64,000 bases of DNA from Bilabrum cf. latius (taxonomy: Eukaryota), in NCBI GenBank assembly GCA_965178125.1, contig OZ237746.1:558001-622000 (forward strand). Direction: 5' to 3'. Positions 12,444-25,307 of this stretch are shown here, piece by piece. Numbering within the stretch: the first letter of the stretch is position 1; every line of letters begins with the position of its first letter. Under the pieces are notes generated by a model. The model was not told where the DNA came from, ran no database searches, and saw only the letters and a list, made by a program, of their open reading frames with translations. A program made the position numbers and the translations under genes.

Positions 12444-13754
12444 ATGCAGATCGCTCAAACAGGACTTTTATGTGCATCCATTCGGTGCATCATTGCATCA
12501 TCCGGCCAGAATGCGTCTGATGTCGTACAGAAGCCGACTGAGAGCGAAACGAAGGTGTTTCGCCCGCGGACGTTCGGATCCGGCTACTAGGTCGAGATAT
12601 CCACGGATGAGTTTGAGCTGCTGAACCACACCTTATCTGCAGATGCTACGGCAGGGGTACTCTCGCATTTCTGGATGACGGGTTCAAACAGCGAGCTGGT
12701 GGATTCGGCAATCGTATCACTCTACGTCGACGGGGAAGCAGCTCCCAGCATCCGCACCACGCTCTCAATGGCGTGCGGATAGGGATACCCCGATGTGTAG
12801 GCATCAACATTTCCGCCCCAGGGCCTCTTTGCTGCTGGAAGTCGCTTTGGCAAGTCAGCAGCGATTGGCGGCTGGCATTTCGAGCATCCCGTGCCGTTCT
12901 ACCGTTCGTTGCGAGTGACGGTACGCGTGCAGCAAGGTTCAATGCACGCTTGGGCTCTGGTGCGTGGTCGTGAATCAACTGGTAATTACTGTCCGGTGCA
13001 GCTTCCATCCGGGGCCCAGCTGCCGCTCGGCACCAAGATGCAGCTGCAGCAGCTGCACAACCAGACCTTCCAGCCCCTCTCGTTCGTCCCAATAGCGAAG
13101 GTTCCCCAGGGACTGGCCGGGCTTCTGTACATGACCGTGATTGCCACGTCTGCATCCCACGCGGGCAACTACATCGAGGGCTGCTTCCACCTGTTTCCAT
13201 CGCATGACGCGGCCTGGCCGGGGATCGTGGTGGGCACCGGCGTGGAGGACTTCTACTCGAGCTCGTGAGTCGGTCGATCTGATTGATAGATTGATAGATT
13301 GATTGATTGGTGTCTTTGGAATAGGGAGGACGTGTACTGGCTTGATAGCTTGCAGCGATTGCTCCGGCTTTTGCCGCCGCAGCCTCTCGCGTTGCCTGCC
13401 TAATCGATTCGATGTTCCGAATGCGAATGCTACTCGCGCAACTTACCGCCTCCACCCTTTCGCAGGTATAGATTCTGTGCTCACGGCGACTCGGATCCCC
13501 CTTGCACGTTCGCGCACCCCGACTCTGGCATGCTCGCCTTTAGCGCCGACGCGGCGAACGATCGGGAGAGGATCAGCGCTTACCGCGTGCTGGTGGACGA
13601 GGAGGTGGGGTTCATGGACGGGGGGTCGCTGCAGTGGAGGGTGGGGGACGTGAAGGACAAGTGCCTGGCAAACGGTACTTCGCCGGCCATTGGACACCCC
13701 ACGGCAACTAATGTGACTTCGGACGCGTGGGTGCTGGTGTGGCCAAACACCTGA
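12444..13754 (+). CDS. Secreted DUF2961 (GH172-like) family protein
   Basis: Signal-like N-terminus; motifs GVLSHFWMT, LYVDGEAAPSI, PVPFYRSLRVT, GTGVEDFYSSSY. In-frame TAGs at 12588, 12780, 12798. Intron 13265-13465. Ends TGA. Confidence 0.75.
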
Positions 13755-14037
13755 GCCGATACTGCATTGGTGCGGTGGAACAGGTGTACCGTGCCGGGTG
13801 GACTACAGCATCCACCCGGTCCTGTGGAAGTGCTCAGGGTGCCATGAAACCAGATTGAACGAATATATGGATAGATCTATCCATACGGCTGTCTAGTTCG
13901 CATTCTACGTCAGGTGCAATTAGAGCGTCCAAGGGCCATGCCGCACGGGCATCTGATCCACACTGGCGGTGGGTCGGCGCAATCCCGCCATTGTAGACAG
14001 ACTGCACGAGAGTCGCGCCGAGCCACCCCTTCACAGC

Positions 14038-16153
14038 TCAGCCCGACTCGCTCACGCCGTCCCACAGCTCGCCCTCCTGCGCACGGGCCGCTTCGAGCGC
14101 CTCCTTGTAGATGGTGGCCACGGGCCCGAACTCCTCCTTGGGCCTCCTCCAGAAATCCACCACCCCCTTGTGGTTCTCGCCGCCGGGGCGCCCGCTCTTG
14201 GTGCTGATGTAGGCGCAGTTGCACGGCTTGGACAGGTCAGTGCATGGTGGGCTGTAGTCGCAGGACCCGGCAGACTGAGCCCCCACGTTGGCCTTGATAT
14301 CGTTGAACTGCCACACCGTCAGGGCGCTCACGTTGGGGTTCTTGGCCGCGAACTGGGCCTCTGTGGGCACGATGAGCTTCTGGTAGGCCTGGGACCAGCG
14401 GGGGAAGGGCTTGGTCGTGTCGTTGTGCCACTCGTAGATGCCGGCGGCGCCCGTCTCCGAGATCTGGAAGCTCTTGTCGGGGTAGTTGCTGTGCGCCCAG
14501 CTGACGTGCTGCTCCCACTTCGTAACCGTGTTGTTCGGGCAATCGTTCAGCTCGCCATACCAGCACGGGTAGTCGCTGCGAAGAAAGACCCAAAAGAGCA
14601 GGGCGGTACAGAACATAAGGAGCAACAAGCACTTGCATCGATGGACTAGTAGGCCTTCATGGAGGCGCGACGGGTAGAGGACCGGGGGCCAGTCATCGGC
14701 CCTCTTGCTTGCCTGTCTCTCACTTGAACGAGATGTGGTCCACGATGGCGAGGCACACGTCGCCCTCCTTCTTGTCGCTGGCCCACGTCACCAGGCGCCA
14801 GGGGGGCCTCTCCTGCCCCTTCACAAGGGTGGATCGCTGCCTCACCGCGTTGGCGGACTGGTTGTACCCCGGGCATGCGTCCTTGTCGTTGCTTGGGCCC
14901 TCGTTGTTGAAGCCGTGCACGATGATGGAGGGGTGGTTGATCGAAGTCTCCACCATCTCTGCCATTTGCTGCAGCTGGTACTTCATGAAATAAGGGTCTT
15001 GCAGGTCCTTGAGCTGCACTCCGGGACCCAGTGCTTCCTCCCAAATGACGATGCCCTCCTCGTCCAGCATGTCCAGCCAGCGCTGGTCCTGGGGGTAATG
15101 CGCCCCGCGGATGTAGTTGAGGTTGAGCTGCTTGATGAGCGCCATGTCAGACTTGAGCTGGTCCATGGTGAGTGCAGACCCCGTGTCGGGCCACATGGTG
15201 TGACGATTGAAGCCCAGCAGCTTGGTGACCTCCCCGTTGATGGCCAGCCGAGACACACCGTCTTGCTGCTGCTCCACGGAAACCAGCCGATGCCCCGTGC
15301 GGACCGTAATCGAGTCGGCCAGATTCGCCACGGTAGCCTTAATCTCGTACAGGTTGGGCTTCCCGATGGCCCACAGCTTGATGTCGGCGGGCAGCTTGAA
15401 CGACGGCACAACGGCCGACCCGTCCTCGCCCAACGTCACGGACAGGGACTGCGACGCGCCGCCGTTGATGGAGAGGCTCACGTCCATCTTGGTGCCTTGC
15501 TTGGCGCCCTTCCCGCCGAACACGAATCGAAGGTCCGACGTGTACGGCTGCGACTTGACCTGCACGGGCGCGACCTCGAGGCGCTGGAGGTACGCGCCGG
15601 CGTTGCTCGCTTCCGCGGACAGCTCGCGCACGACGACGTTGCGCGTGATACCACCGTAATTGTAGAAATCGCCACCGGTATGCACTGGGGCTCGTGTCGA
15701 GTTAAACTCGTTGTTGGCGAGAACCAATATTTCGCGAGTGGTCTTCGAGCTCGAGACGGGAATGTCCAGCCAGAACGGAGCGTAGCCGCCGGCGCGATGA
15801 TCCCCGATGTCTGAGCCATCCACGAATACCCTGCAGTAGAATGAGCATGCAGCGAAGAGGACGCGGGCGGATCGCCCTGCGGTCACGTCCACGGTCGTCC
15901 GGTAGAACCCAGTGCCTTTCGCGCCAACCACACCGGGCACCGCCACGTCAAAAGCAGACGGAACAGTAGTTGTTTTGGGCGTGGAAACATCCTAGTAGGG
16001 AATGGTCACGGGGTCGATCGTGTGCTCTTCTGCGAAGCCAAAACTCCACTACCCATCGAGCACAGAAATTTTGGAGTCTAAATAGTGGGGGTAGAACGGC
16101 ATCTGTGCATGGGCCCACGCAGCAATTGTGGCAATTGCCAAAATAGATCTCAT
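14038..16153 (-). CDS. Secreted glycoside hydrolase family 2 (beta-glucuronidase/galactosidase-like)
   Basis: Signal peptide MRSILAIATIAAWAHA; LDG-[TAG]-WSF; GFNRH, IRGAHYP, NHPSII..FNNE, SFNDYPCWY, ISETGA. TAGs at 16049 and 15992. Intron 14576-14723. Ends TGA. Confidence 0.9.
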
Positions 16154-16441
16154 GGCAGCAGCAAGTCTGCTACAGCTGTCTTGAATATACGCGGATCTTT
16201 GGTCGATAGCTCAATGGAGGTGTGACGCGGAGCGAAGGGCTGCCGGCTCATATCACACGTGGTGCAACTAGTGACTGTTTCGGAAAGCTAGACAAATTGA
16301 GCCGGGGGTTCCGACACAAGCCAACAGCATGGTAGTATTTGAAACGGTGCCAACAGGTCCCACTCTGTGGGAGCACCCTATCGCAAGCAAAACCACGCCC
16401 AGGCAGGCCGCAGGCGAAACTATGCCCACCCCTCCAACAGG

Positions 16442-17896
16442 TCATCGACGCCTCCCTGCACCCGCGGAAGAACCCCCCGCGAACGGCGTGCTAGACCCTT
16501 TCCTCCCACCGGCCACTGGAGTAGCCCCAGCGGTGGAAGCCCCAGCGCCAGCCCCAGTCCCAGGCCCCTCCTTGGCCTCCTCATCTTCCAGCCCCACCCA
16601 AGTGTACCGCGGCCGCTTGTCCGCTGGCTTGAGAATCTGAAAGGAGCACATGAGCGTCTCGTCCACGGACATCATCGCGCCCGCGTTGTCGAACTCCCCG
16701 CAGTAGTTCGGAGCCGAAAACACCGTCACGAGCTGCCTCTTGGCGAAGAACTCGTACCCGTCCTCCACCACCTGGTGGGCCCGCACCACCAGGTCCAGGT
16801 CGTGCCGCTTCAAAAAGGCGCTCACCACGTCGGGTCCGAAGGTGAAACTCACCCCACGGTCGTTTTCGCCCCACTCCCTCACCCCCTTGTCGGGGTCGGA
16901 CCAGAGCAGGTCGCACAGCAGGCCGGTATCGGGGATGTCCGTGGGCCGTGCGATCTTGCGGATGTCACCCAGGTCTGTGAGCTCAGGGGAAAGGCCCCCA
17001 TGCATGCAGAGGATCTTGTCGTCCACCACGGCTGACACGGGGAGGCAGTTGAACGTGTCTGTGAGCGCCCTCCACAGCTTGACGTTGTACCTTCGCTTGC
17101 ACTCGTCGAAGAGGCCGTAGATGCGGCTGATCGACGAGCACTCCTGCAAACGGCGAGAGCAGCGGCGAGGGAGTGTGTGCGCAGCAAGCATGCAGTCCAG
17201 ACGACAGTGGGGCTATTCCACGGGCAACAAGTATCGTGTTTACTCACGTGGTTGCCGCGCAGGATGAAGAAATTTTCGGGATACTTGACCTTGTAGGCCA
17301 TCAATAGGCATATAGTCTCGATGCTCTGCTTTCCGCGGTCAACGTAATCGCCTAAGAACAAGTAATTTGCATCTGGCGGAAACCCGCCATACTCAAACAA
17401 CCGCAGCAAGTCGTAGTATTGACCGTGAATATCTCCACATATTTTGCAAGGAGCTGCCAGTTCAAGCAGCATCGGCTGGGACATAACAACAGACCGCGCC
17501 CTCAAGCATAGCTCCCGTATAGTCGCCTCTGGCTGCATGCAAGTAAATAAAGATGCTGCTCGCCGCATTTAGTGGCATGAACTGAATTGAGCGGGGCAGG
17601 GACGTTTGCTGCCGTTGGTTGCACAACTCGTTCACTCACCAGGTTCACTTGCGTCCCCGCTCGGGCAGTACGAACCGACAAAAGCGAATCTATTACGGCA
17701 TCCACTGCGCGATATAACAAGACAGCATAGGTGAGGCATCGTTCATAATTCCAGCGTTTGGGCAACTAGGCAGGCACTTGAGTTATTCCGGCCGCATCTT
17801 CCCCCTGGTCATGCAGCGAGCACAGAATCATATATGATTTACCTCTAAATATAATCTGGACTTACCATCAAACTTTCCTGATCCTGTAGCGGCCAT
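16442..17896 (-). CDS. PPP1C: Serine/threonine protein phosphatase PP1 catalytic subunit
   Basis: [35 protein letters not shown]. Exons 17896-17866, 17704-17640, 17532-17248, 17143-16442. Ends TGA. Confidence 0.95.
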
Positions 17897-18079
17897 GGTG
17901 GGGAGTGAAACATTCGGCTACGGATTTTGCTTGTAAGGTTCAATTTGGGACCGACATTCCAGCTCCGAATATCGTGTGACGTAAACCAGATACTTGCTGG
18001 GGTCATCGGCGCTGCGATTTGAGGGCCATTCAAAGGCGGTGTTGACATAGTTTAGAATAGTATCTGATATTTTACCTCT

Positions 18080-20101
18080 ATGATGACCACGAAAAGACGT
18101 GAATTTGACCACATGTTCATCTCAGAGAGAAATGATTTCGTTGGGATCGTTTTGTCTGTGTGCTGGGCTTGTGCATGCTTTGCCGTAGTGCTACACTTTC
18201 CCTTGTCCGAAATTAGCATTAATGGTGCCACGCCGTGGCTCAGTGTGTATATACTATGCTCTACTGCTGCAATCAGCCTGCTCATTGCTGCAGCTGGTCT
18301 GCTTTTCGCTGGAGAAGTCTTTCGGCAGCTCGACGGTCAGGCCACTTCCTCAGGACTTCCCGTGCAACCATTCGACCAAGCGCCAGCTCCAAAGAAGACG
18401 TTGATGGATAAACGGATAGATTCTTGCCTTGTCATTATCAACGGTGGGATATACGACGTGGAACCGCTCATGCGAACACATCCCGGTGGCCGCCAGGTGC
18501 TTGAGAATGCCCGAGGACTCGACGTATCGGATGCGTTCATGTCATATCACCCCCCTGCTGTGGTGTTAAAGAAGCTTCCGGGATATTTTGTTGGACCCAG
18601 TTGTGCTAGCACAGACAAGACCGAAACGCTGCCAGGGCTGCAAGGTGCGGAGGCGGCGACAATTAGAACGGTTGCCATCTCCCCAACGAGTGCCATTGGG
18701 GACGACGCCTCCTCGACCGCATCACCACTGCCAGAAATTGACGATGTTTCTGTCGCGATTCCCGACGAGGAGTCAAAGTCGGCCGATTCTGACTGCGAAG
18801 ACTGCCTATCGGAGGACACCGGCTCCGACTCGAGCACGGTGCGCCGGCGCAGGGACGGGAGTGGCCGCCCCCCGCAGCGCCTAGAGCCAGGGGAGACGCA
18901 TATAGAGCCAGTGCTCAGCTGCGAGGGTGCCGCCGGCAGCGACAATCCTAATTCCGAGCGGTTGCCCAAGGACCCCACACCCCTGGCGGACTCGCCTTTC
19001 CTGCGGGCCAGGCGCGCCCTCAGGGATCGAATGCTGGCGGAGGGGCTCTTCGAGAGGAAGCCGTCTTTCTACGTGAAGAACATCGCGTGGCAGGTCCTGC
19101 TGCTGAGCGGGGCTCTTTACCTGACCGTCTTTCGGGCGAGCGTGTGGGAGCACCTGCTCGGGGCGGTGCTCATGGCCTTCTTCTGGCAGCAGGTGGCTTT
19201 CGTGGGTCACGACCTGGGGCACAACTCGGTGTCCCACGACCGGGACACCGACTTCTTCTGGGGGGCTCTCCTCGGCAACGCCTCGGGCGGCATCTCGATG
19301 GGGTGGTGGAAGGACTCGCACGACGTCCACCACGTCTACTGCAACTCGAACGAGCACGACATGAACATCCAGCACCAGCCCGTGTTCGCGGTGGACGAGA
19401 GCATGTTCGGGAGGTACTGGTCTACCTACAAGAAGATGTGGATCGAGACGGGGGCGGCTGCCCGCTTCCTGGTGCAGTACCAGCACTGGCTGTACCTGCC
19501 GGTCATGGCCGTGGCTCGGTTCAACCTGTACGCGCAGGGAATCAAGTTTCTCCTCCGAGCCGAGAGGGCGGAGTACAGGCGCATGGAGCTGGGTGCCATC
19601 GCGGTGTTCGTGGGCTGGTTCGGGGCTATGGTAGCGCTGTGCCTGGGCTCGTGGCAGGAGAGGCTGGCTTACCTGCTGCTGTCCCACGGGATCTCGGGCA
19701 TTCTGCACGTGCAGATCACGCTGTCGCACTTCGCAGAACCCACGTATCACGGTAGTCCGTTCCAGGGAGAATCTGACGAGTGGTTCCGCATGCAGGTGGG
19801 GACGACTTTGAACGTGGACTGCCCCGAGTGGATGGACTGGTTCCACGGTGGCCTGCAGTTCCAGATCGAGCACCACTTGTTCCCCAGAATGCCGAGGCAC
19901 AACCTGAGGAGGGCCCGCGCCATGGTGAAGCCCTTCTGCGAGGAGCACGGGATCGAGTACAAGGAGCTGCCCTTCCTGCAGGCGGTGGGCCGCGTGCTCG
20001 CCAAGATGAAGGAGACGGGGGCCAAGGCCGCGCACCTCGTCAAAGGGGACGCGGGGTTCTACCACAGCCCTCTGTACGCGGGTCTGCACGCCCAGGGGTG
20101 A
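18080..20101 (+). CDS. Cytochrome b5-fused front-end desaturase (sphingolipid delta-8 / delta-6 type)
   Basis: HPGG heme motif; His boxes HDLGH, HDVHH, QIEHH. Extra N-terminal hydrophobic segment. Ends TGA. Confidence 0.9.
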   Translation: MMTTKRREFDHMFISERNDFVGIVLSVCWACACFAVVLHFPLSEISINGATPWLSVYILCSTAAISLLIAAAGLLFAGEVFRQLDGQATSSGLPVQPFDQAPAPKKTLMDKRIDSCLVIINGGIYDVEPLMRTHPGGRQVLENARGLDVSDAFMSYHPPAVVLKKLPGYFVGPSCASTDKTETLPGLQGAEAATIRTVAISPTSAIGDDASSTASPLPEIDDVSVAIPDEESKSADSDCEDCLSEDTGSDSSTVRRRRDGSGRPPQRLEPGETHIEPVLSCEGAAGSDNPNSERLPKDPTPLADSPFLRARRALRDRMLAEGLFERKPSFYVKNIAWQVLLLSGALYLTVFRASVWEHLLGAVLMAFFWQQVAFVGHDLGHNSVSHDRDTDFFWGALLGNASGGISMGWWKDSHDVHHVYCNSNEHDMNIQHQPVFAVDESMFGRYWSTYKKMWIETGAAARFLVQYQHWLYLPVMAVARFNLYAQGIKFLLRAERAEYRRMELGAIAVFVGWFGAMVALCLGSWQERLAYLLLSHGISGILHVQITLSHFAEPTYHGSPFQGESDEWFRMQVGTTLNVDCPEWMDWFHGGLQFQIEHHLFPRMPRHNLRRARAMVKPFCEEHGIEYKELPFLQAVGRVLAKMKETGAKAAHLVKGDAGFYHSPLYAGLHAQG

Positions 20102-20406
20102 GTTGGCCCGTGGGATGCAGTGGGTGGTTGTGAGGGTTGTGGTATGGTTTGTGAAGGGGTGCGAGCGAGGGGGGGAAAGGTGCTGGGCGGCCCTTGCAAC
20201 ATCCTGTAGTAGTGACCAGGCTTGCCCCTGTGAACGTGCAGTATGGTGGCTGCTGCACTTGGGTGTGTATCTGTGCGTGGATGAATGCATGTTATTGAAA
20301 GGGTATACGCGTGGGTATCAAGAGCCTCACCCGCAGCACAGCGCACCGACAATCGTCACGCGCGGCCCAGCTCAAATTCGGGAGGTTGCAGAACAGCAGT
20401 CCAGGC

Positions 20407-23283
20407 ATGCCTGGCCAAGACCGTGCTCGTCCAACGGTCTCTATTGGTATGTATACATGTTCGATAGCAGGTCCGGCTGCCATCCCGAGCCGGCAGCAAA
20501 CTGAATCGCAAGCAGTTCAAAACGCTTCGCCTTCTGCTGAGTGGTCCGCATTGCGGCGGTCCGTACGAGATGCAACCAGAACAGAACTAGCAACAGTAGC
20601 TTCGTAGGCCGCTGGGTGGGCGGGGTCGGGCATTCTGTGCTGTTGCTGCCTCTGCCGCCCACGGGCTCTCGTGCTGACGGTGTGGTCGTTCGCTGCTGGC
20701 TTGCTGCGGTTCGTTGGAAGCCCTGTTGGGTTGGCTGGGTCGGGGGGCATGAATGGCGCATTGAGTTCCATGGGACAGGCACTTGGCAGCATGGTTCCCT
20801 CTTGGTGGGGCGGGCTGATCGCGGCGACTCTGGGCCTGCTTGGGTTTATGGCCACGCACAGCATCGCATCGCTGGTAGTGGTGCCAGGGCAGCGCGGCAC
20901 CTTATCGCTCGCTCGATTTCTCTTGCGATATGCAGGCAGCCTACTTGGAAACCTCGCCGGCGAGGTTGAGTTGCTGGAGCAGCAGGAGCGTCTCAGGGGG
21001 CAGATGGGCAGCCGCCTGCTGCAGCGGAGGGGCGGGAGCACGGTCATGATCCGACACGCACTTGGCGCCGGGCTCTCCACGATTCACTGCGCCGTGTTTG
21101 GCGCAGATGATGCCCCTCGCATACCTAGCCTGCGGCAAACCACGCCCCAGGCACAGGACGGAGGCACTGGCAACGATGCGGTTGCAACCAACGGGACTGC
21201 GGGAGCGGCGGCAGGCGGTGCGGAGCAAGCGCAGGAACGTGGACAGCGCGATGGTCAGGCGCGTGCACCTGAGGGTGGAGGCGGCCGCGCGGCAGGACTG
21301 GAGCTTGGGCGCTCTAGGGTGGGCCCGGGGCGGGCACCCGGGTGCGTCATCTACTGGGGCGGGAATGCGGAGCACTGGGAGGCCAGCGGGGAGACCGTGG
21401 CGCAGGGGGTGAGGGACCTGCTGCGGCACCAGGGAACAAGCACGGTGCAGCTGGGGAGCTGGAGGGACGGGGCCAAGGCCCCGGCCAGGTACCTGCCCGG
21501 GGGCGTGGCGCAAAGGGCAAGCGGAGGGGCAGGGGCCTTGGATCCGGAGCCGTTGCCGGGCACGGCCCCGGTCCTGATCCTGGCGGCCGCCCCTGCCTTC
21601 GGGGACTCGCCCAGCCCCCTCGCCACTCGGTATGGCGCACGGCTCGCGGCGCTGTCCGCCCTGGCGTTCGCCTGCGACCCTGAGCGCGGGCTGGGGTTCC
21701 CCCCCAGCCGAGTTGTTCTCTGGGGGCACTCTCTGGGGGCTGGGTGCCTGGGGACTGCGCTGGCCGCCAGCCCTGGGTCTCACTTGATCGGCGACAGGAC
21801 GTTCGGTCGGTTGAGCGACGCGGCCGTGAGCTTCGTGCTGGGCAAGGGGCCCGCCCTGGGCAGGATGGTAGTTCGGGCAGCCGAAGCCGAGGCAGAGGCG
21901 GAGGCAGCGGCCAGGCGGGGAGACGGGGAACACGTCGAGATGGCTGCTGCCCGCGGGGGAGAGGTGAATTCAAGGCATAGGGGTAGGAGCGCTTGGGAGG
22001 GGGCGAGGGCTGTGGGCACGGCTGTCCTGCTGGGGGGTTGGAAGGCGCTGGGGTTGGTGATGCAGGCGGCTGAGGCTGCGCGACTGAGGGGCCTGGGTCG
22101 CGGGGGACAGGGAAGCGGGGAACAAGGAGGACAGGGGGGTGCAGGGAGCGAGGGGGGTGAGGGTGCAGGGGTCGATGGTGCCTCGGGGAGAAGGCGCAGG
22201 AGCGGCTCTAGGTCAAGGGGGTCCGGGGCTGGGGCTGAGCAGCAGGAACATGGACAGGGACAGGGGCACGGGCGAGGGGTGGATGGTGAGGGGCAGGGAT
22301 AGCCGGGTGCAAGGGAGGCGCTGGCCATGGCAGACGGACTGCGAATGGCTGTGCGATGGGCGGCGGGTTGGGAGATGGATACGGCTGAGGTGGCTGCGGG
22401 TCGGATCAGAAGCAGGGGGGCGGCTAGAGCCAGGGTGATGCTGACAGCTGCCTCCGGTGCTGGTGCTGGTGCTGGTGCTGGTGCTGGTGCTGGTGCTGGT
22501 TCTAGCGGGGGTCAGGCCTCTGGGTGTGACGAGGACGATGATTGCATGGACGAAGAGGCCTCGCTTCTGCATCGAGGAGGGAGTAGTGGAGATGGAGATG
22601 GAGATGGAGGGGGAGGGAGAGGGGAAGGGGGGCCTGGGGAGGGCAGTCCCACCCAGCCTGGGAGCGGCAATGCGGCTGCGGCTGGGGAGTCAGGGTTGGG
22701 TCTGCGTGTGGGAGTGGGCTCGAGTCAGGGAACAAGGGCCGACAGCTGTGCTGTTGTTGGTGTTCCGCAGGGTTGCGTCACGATGGTGCACGCCCCATCC
22801 GACGGCTTGATCCGCACGCCGGCGGGTCTTCCCGTGGCTGTGCTCCGGAGCCTCCGGTGGGACAGACTCAGGGCGCAGGCCGCTGCTGCTGTGCTCATCG
22901 AGGAGAGTGACAGGGAGGTTGCAACCGGGGGACAGGCTGCAACCGGGGGCAGCGCCAAGCTGGAGGCGGGCCGGCGGATCATGGCTGTGGAGGCGGCGCT
23001 GGCAGAGGCACAAGGGGCCGTGGTGGAGTCGGTGCCTGACGGGGGCGGGCCGCCGGTGAGGGTGACACCGGGGTTCGGTCCTCGCAGCAGTCGGGAAGGG
23101 GCGATGCGCGAGGGCGGGTCGCGGACGCAATAGCCGGGCAGTTACCGGGAAGCGGTGCGGGAGGCACAGCGGAGCAGCGGGGTGCGGGCGGACCCGCACA
23201 ACGGGCCGCTGGGTTCCGGTGCTATGCAGCGGGTGAGGCAGGTGCTCGCGCAGATTATGCGAGGGGAGGGGGTCGTCATGTGA
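20407..23283 (+). CDS. Alpha/beta-hydrolase (ABHD-like) with long low-complexity insertions
   Basis: YWGGNAE, WGHSLG nucleophile, DRTFGRL, HAPSDGLI and DPHNGPL lie in one frame through TAGs at 20605, 22300 and 23131. Start uncertain. Ends TGA. Confidence 0.75.
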
Positions 23284-23409
23284 TGACGGCACCGCACAGT
23301 CAAAACCGCTATGCACTGCTGCATGCGCTGTGGTCACGGTGTGCATGACTCGGATTCGGAGTCATTACACCGTGCACCGCTTCTTCAGCCGCAATGTAGG
23401 ATAGATTTG

Positions 23410-25110
23410 ATGAAATTCCAAGTATACTGGTAGCGATGGTACGTACTATTCGTTCTTTCACTGCTAAGTGCGGTGCAGTCAATCGTTTGGCTCACGTTTG
23501 GCGTGATTCCGGAGGTAGCCAAAGCGGAGCTTGGGCTCACATCAGATGATGTTGACCTCCTAGCCATGTACGGCGCAATCTTTTTCTTTCCAGGCTCTTT
23601 TCTTGTCAGCGGCCGCGGTCTCCGCTTCGTTGCAATCGCATTATCGATTTGTATGATTGGATGCGCACTTTTAAGAGCGTTCGTGCATCATCCTGGCTAG
23701 GCTTGGATGCTTCATGTGGCCCACGCATTGAATGGAGTGGGTGGACCACTGGTCCTAACGCCGCCTCCATAGCTTGCTGTAGCTTGGTTTCCGACTAGCG
23801 AGCGGGCAACGGCCACGGCAATTTCGCTGATCGCGAATTCAGTTGGTAGCGCAGCTGGGTTCCTCATAGTCCCGTTCTTGACCAATCAATTGTCTTTGCA
23901 CCGAATGTTGCAAATCATTAGTTGTGTACAAGTTCTTGGCGGGGTGATGCTACTAGCATACTTCCCCGATGGCCCGCCTACCCCTCCCTCCGCCGCGGCC
24001 GCTCTTGCAGCCGATGCCGAGGCTCGAGCGGTGGCAAGAGACCTGCGGGGCGAGCAGGCGGAGACGGGTGGTGGAGGTAAGGGGGCGCTGGATGATGCAA
24101 AAATAGGCAAGTCCTACGACGGCGGTATGGGGGCTGCACTGCTGCCTGCAGACGGGCTGGAAGCAGGGTTGCTCGTTGCATCAGTGGACGAGAAGCGAGC
24201 GGCAGGCGACGGAGACATGCTGCCATCGCTGAATGGGGGAGCGCCCATCGGTACGGCAGGACCGCTTGAACCCCCCACTGAGGCAGGGCGGCAAGCGGCG
24301 CTAGACACGGCCGAGGCCGAGGCCATCATTGCGGGCCAGAGCTCGTCTCGGCTGGACGCGTGCCAGGTGCTGCGGCTGTGGTGGGTGCTGCTGTCGCGTA
24401 GGAATTTCCTGCTGATCGCGCTTGCCATGGGTATTTCAACGGGTTTCTACTCGGCGTGGACGTCGCTGCTTGGCGTGCTGCTTGGGGGTGCCCCCTGGCA
24501 TTTCGACCAGAGCGCGGCTGTGCACGGGGCCGGGAGCCTGGCGCACTCGGTGGCTTGGCTCGGGTTTCTGTCTACGATCACGGGCTGCATGGGCGGTCTG
24601 TTGGTAGGTCCGTGGCTGGACTGGACGCGGTCGTACCGCTTCACGATGCTGTTGTTTTTCTTTTTGAGCTCTGTTGCGTTCGTGGTGTTCGCGCTGATCG
24701 TGTTCGAGGTTGTGCCCGGCACGCACGCGGCTGTGGTAGCTCTGGCGAGCGTGGGGTCTTTCTTTCTGAGCGCGGTGACGCCCGCGGCTGTGGAGCTGGT
24801 GGCCGAGCTGACGCATCCGGTGCCTGAGAGCGTGTCGAACGGGTTGATCCAGGTGATATTCAACGCCGGCACGCTGCTGATGCAGCTGGTGGGCCTGACG
24901 GGCATCTTGGCCAAAGAGCCGGCGGTGCTGAACGGGCTGTTGCCGGCCGCGACGGTGGCGTGCGGGCTGATGACTCTGGGGACGAGCCAGAGCCTGCGTC
25001 GGCTGGCGCTGGACGAGAGAGCGGAAGGGAAGACGGGATCGGATCATGATGGGCTGGAAGGTGGCAAGGCTGCCTCTGCTGGGAGAGCCGGAGGTGGGGA
25101 GAAGCTCTGA
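23410..25110 (+). CDS. MFS transporter, FLVCR/SLC49-like (copy 1)
   Basis: VYW-[TAG]-RWYVL, AWFPTSERATATAIS, ELVAELTHPVPES; about 12 TM segments. TAGs at 23431, 23698, 23770. Ends TGA. Confidence 0.85.
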
Positions 25111-25307
25111 ACGTGTCTCTCACGAATCGTTCCACATTCATCTGTTCCTACTATCTTCCACCGATCGTCGCGATCCCAACGATCGGATTACAACCGACGT
25201 AGACCACCAAGCTTCTCCATTGCCATCGCCGCGCACTGCGGCCCGGGGCGCCGGCGGTTCCGCAACTGCTCGGCGAATAGATCGCCATTAGATCCTGCAA
25301 AGATCCC

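Noticed and set aside
13275-13310. GATT/GATA microsatellite, plus coding repeats at 22456-22500, 35420-35480, 36066-36120 and 58124-58166
   Set aside because: Ordinary intronic or low-complexity coding slippage repeats.
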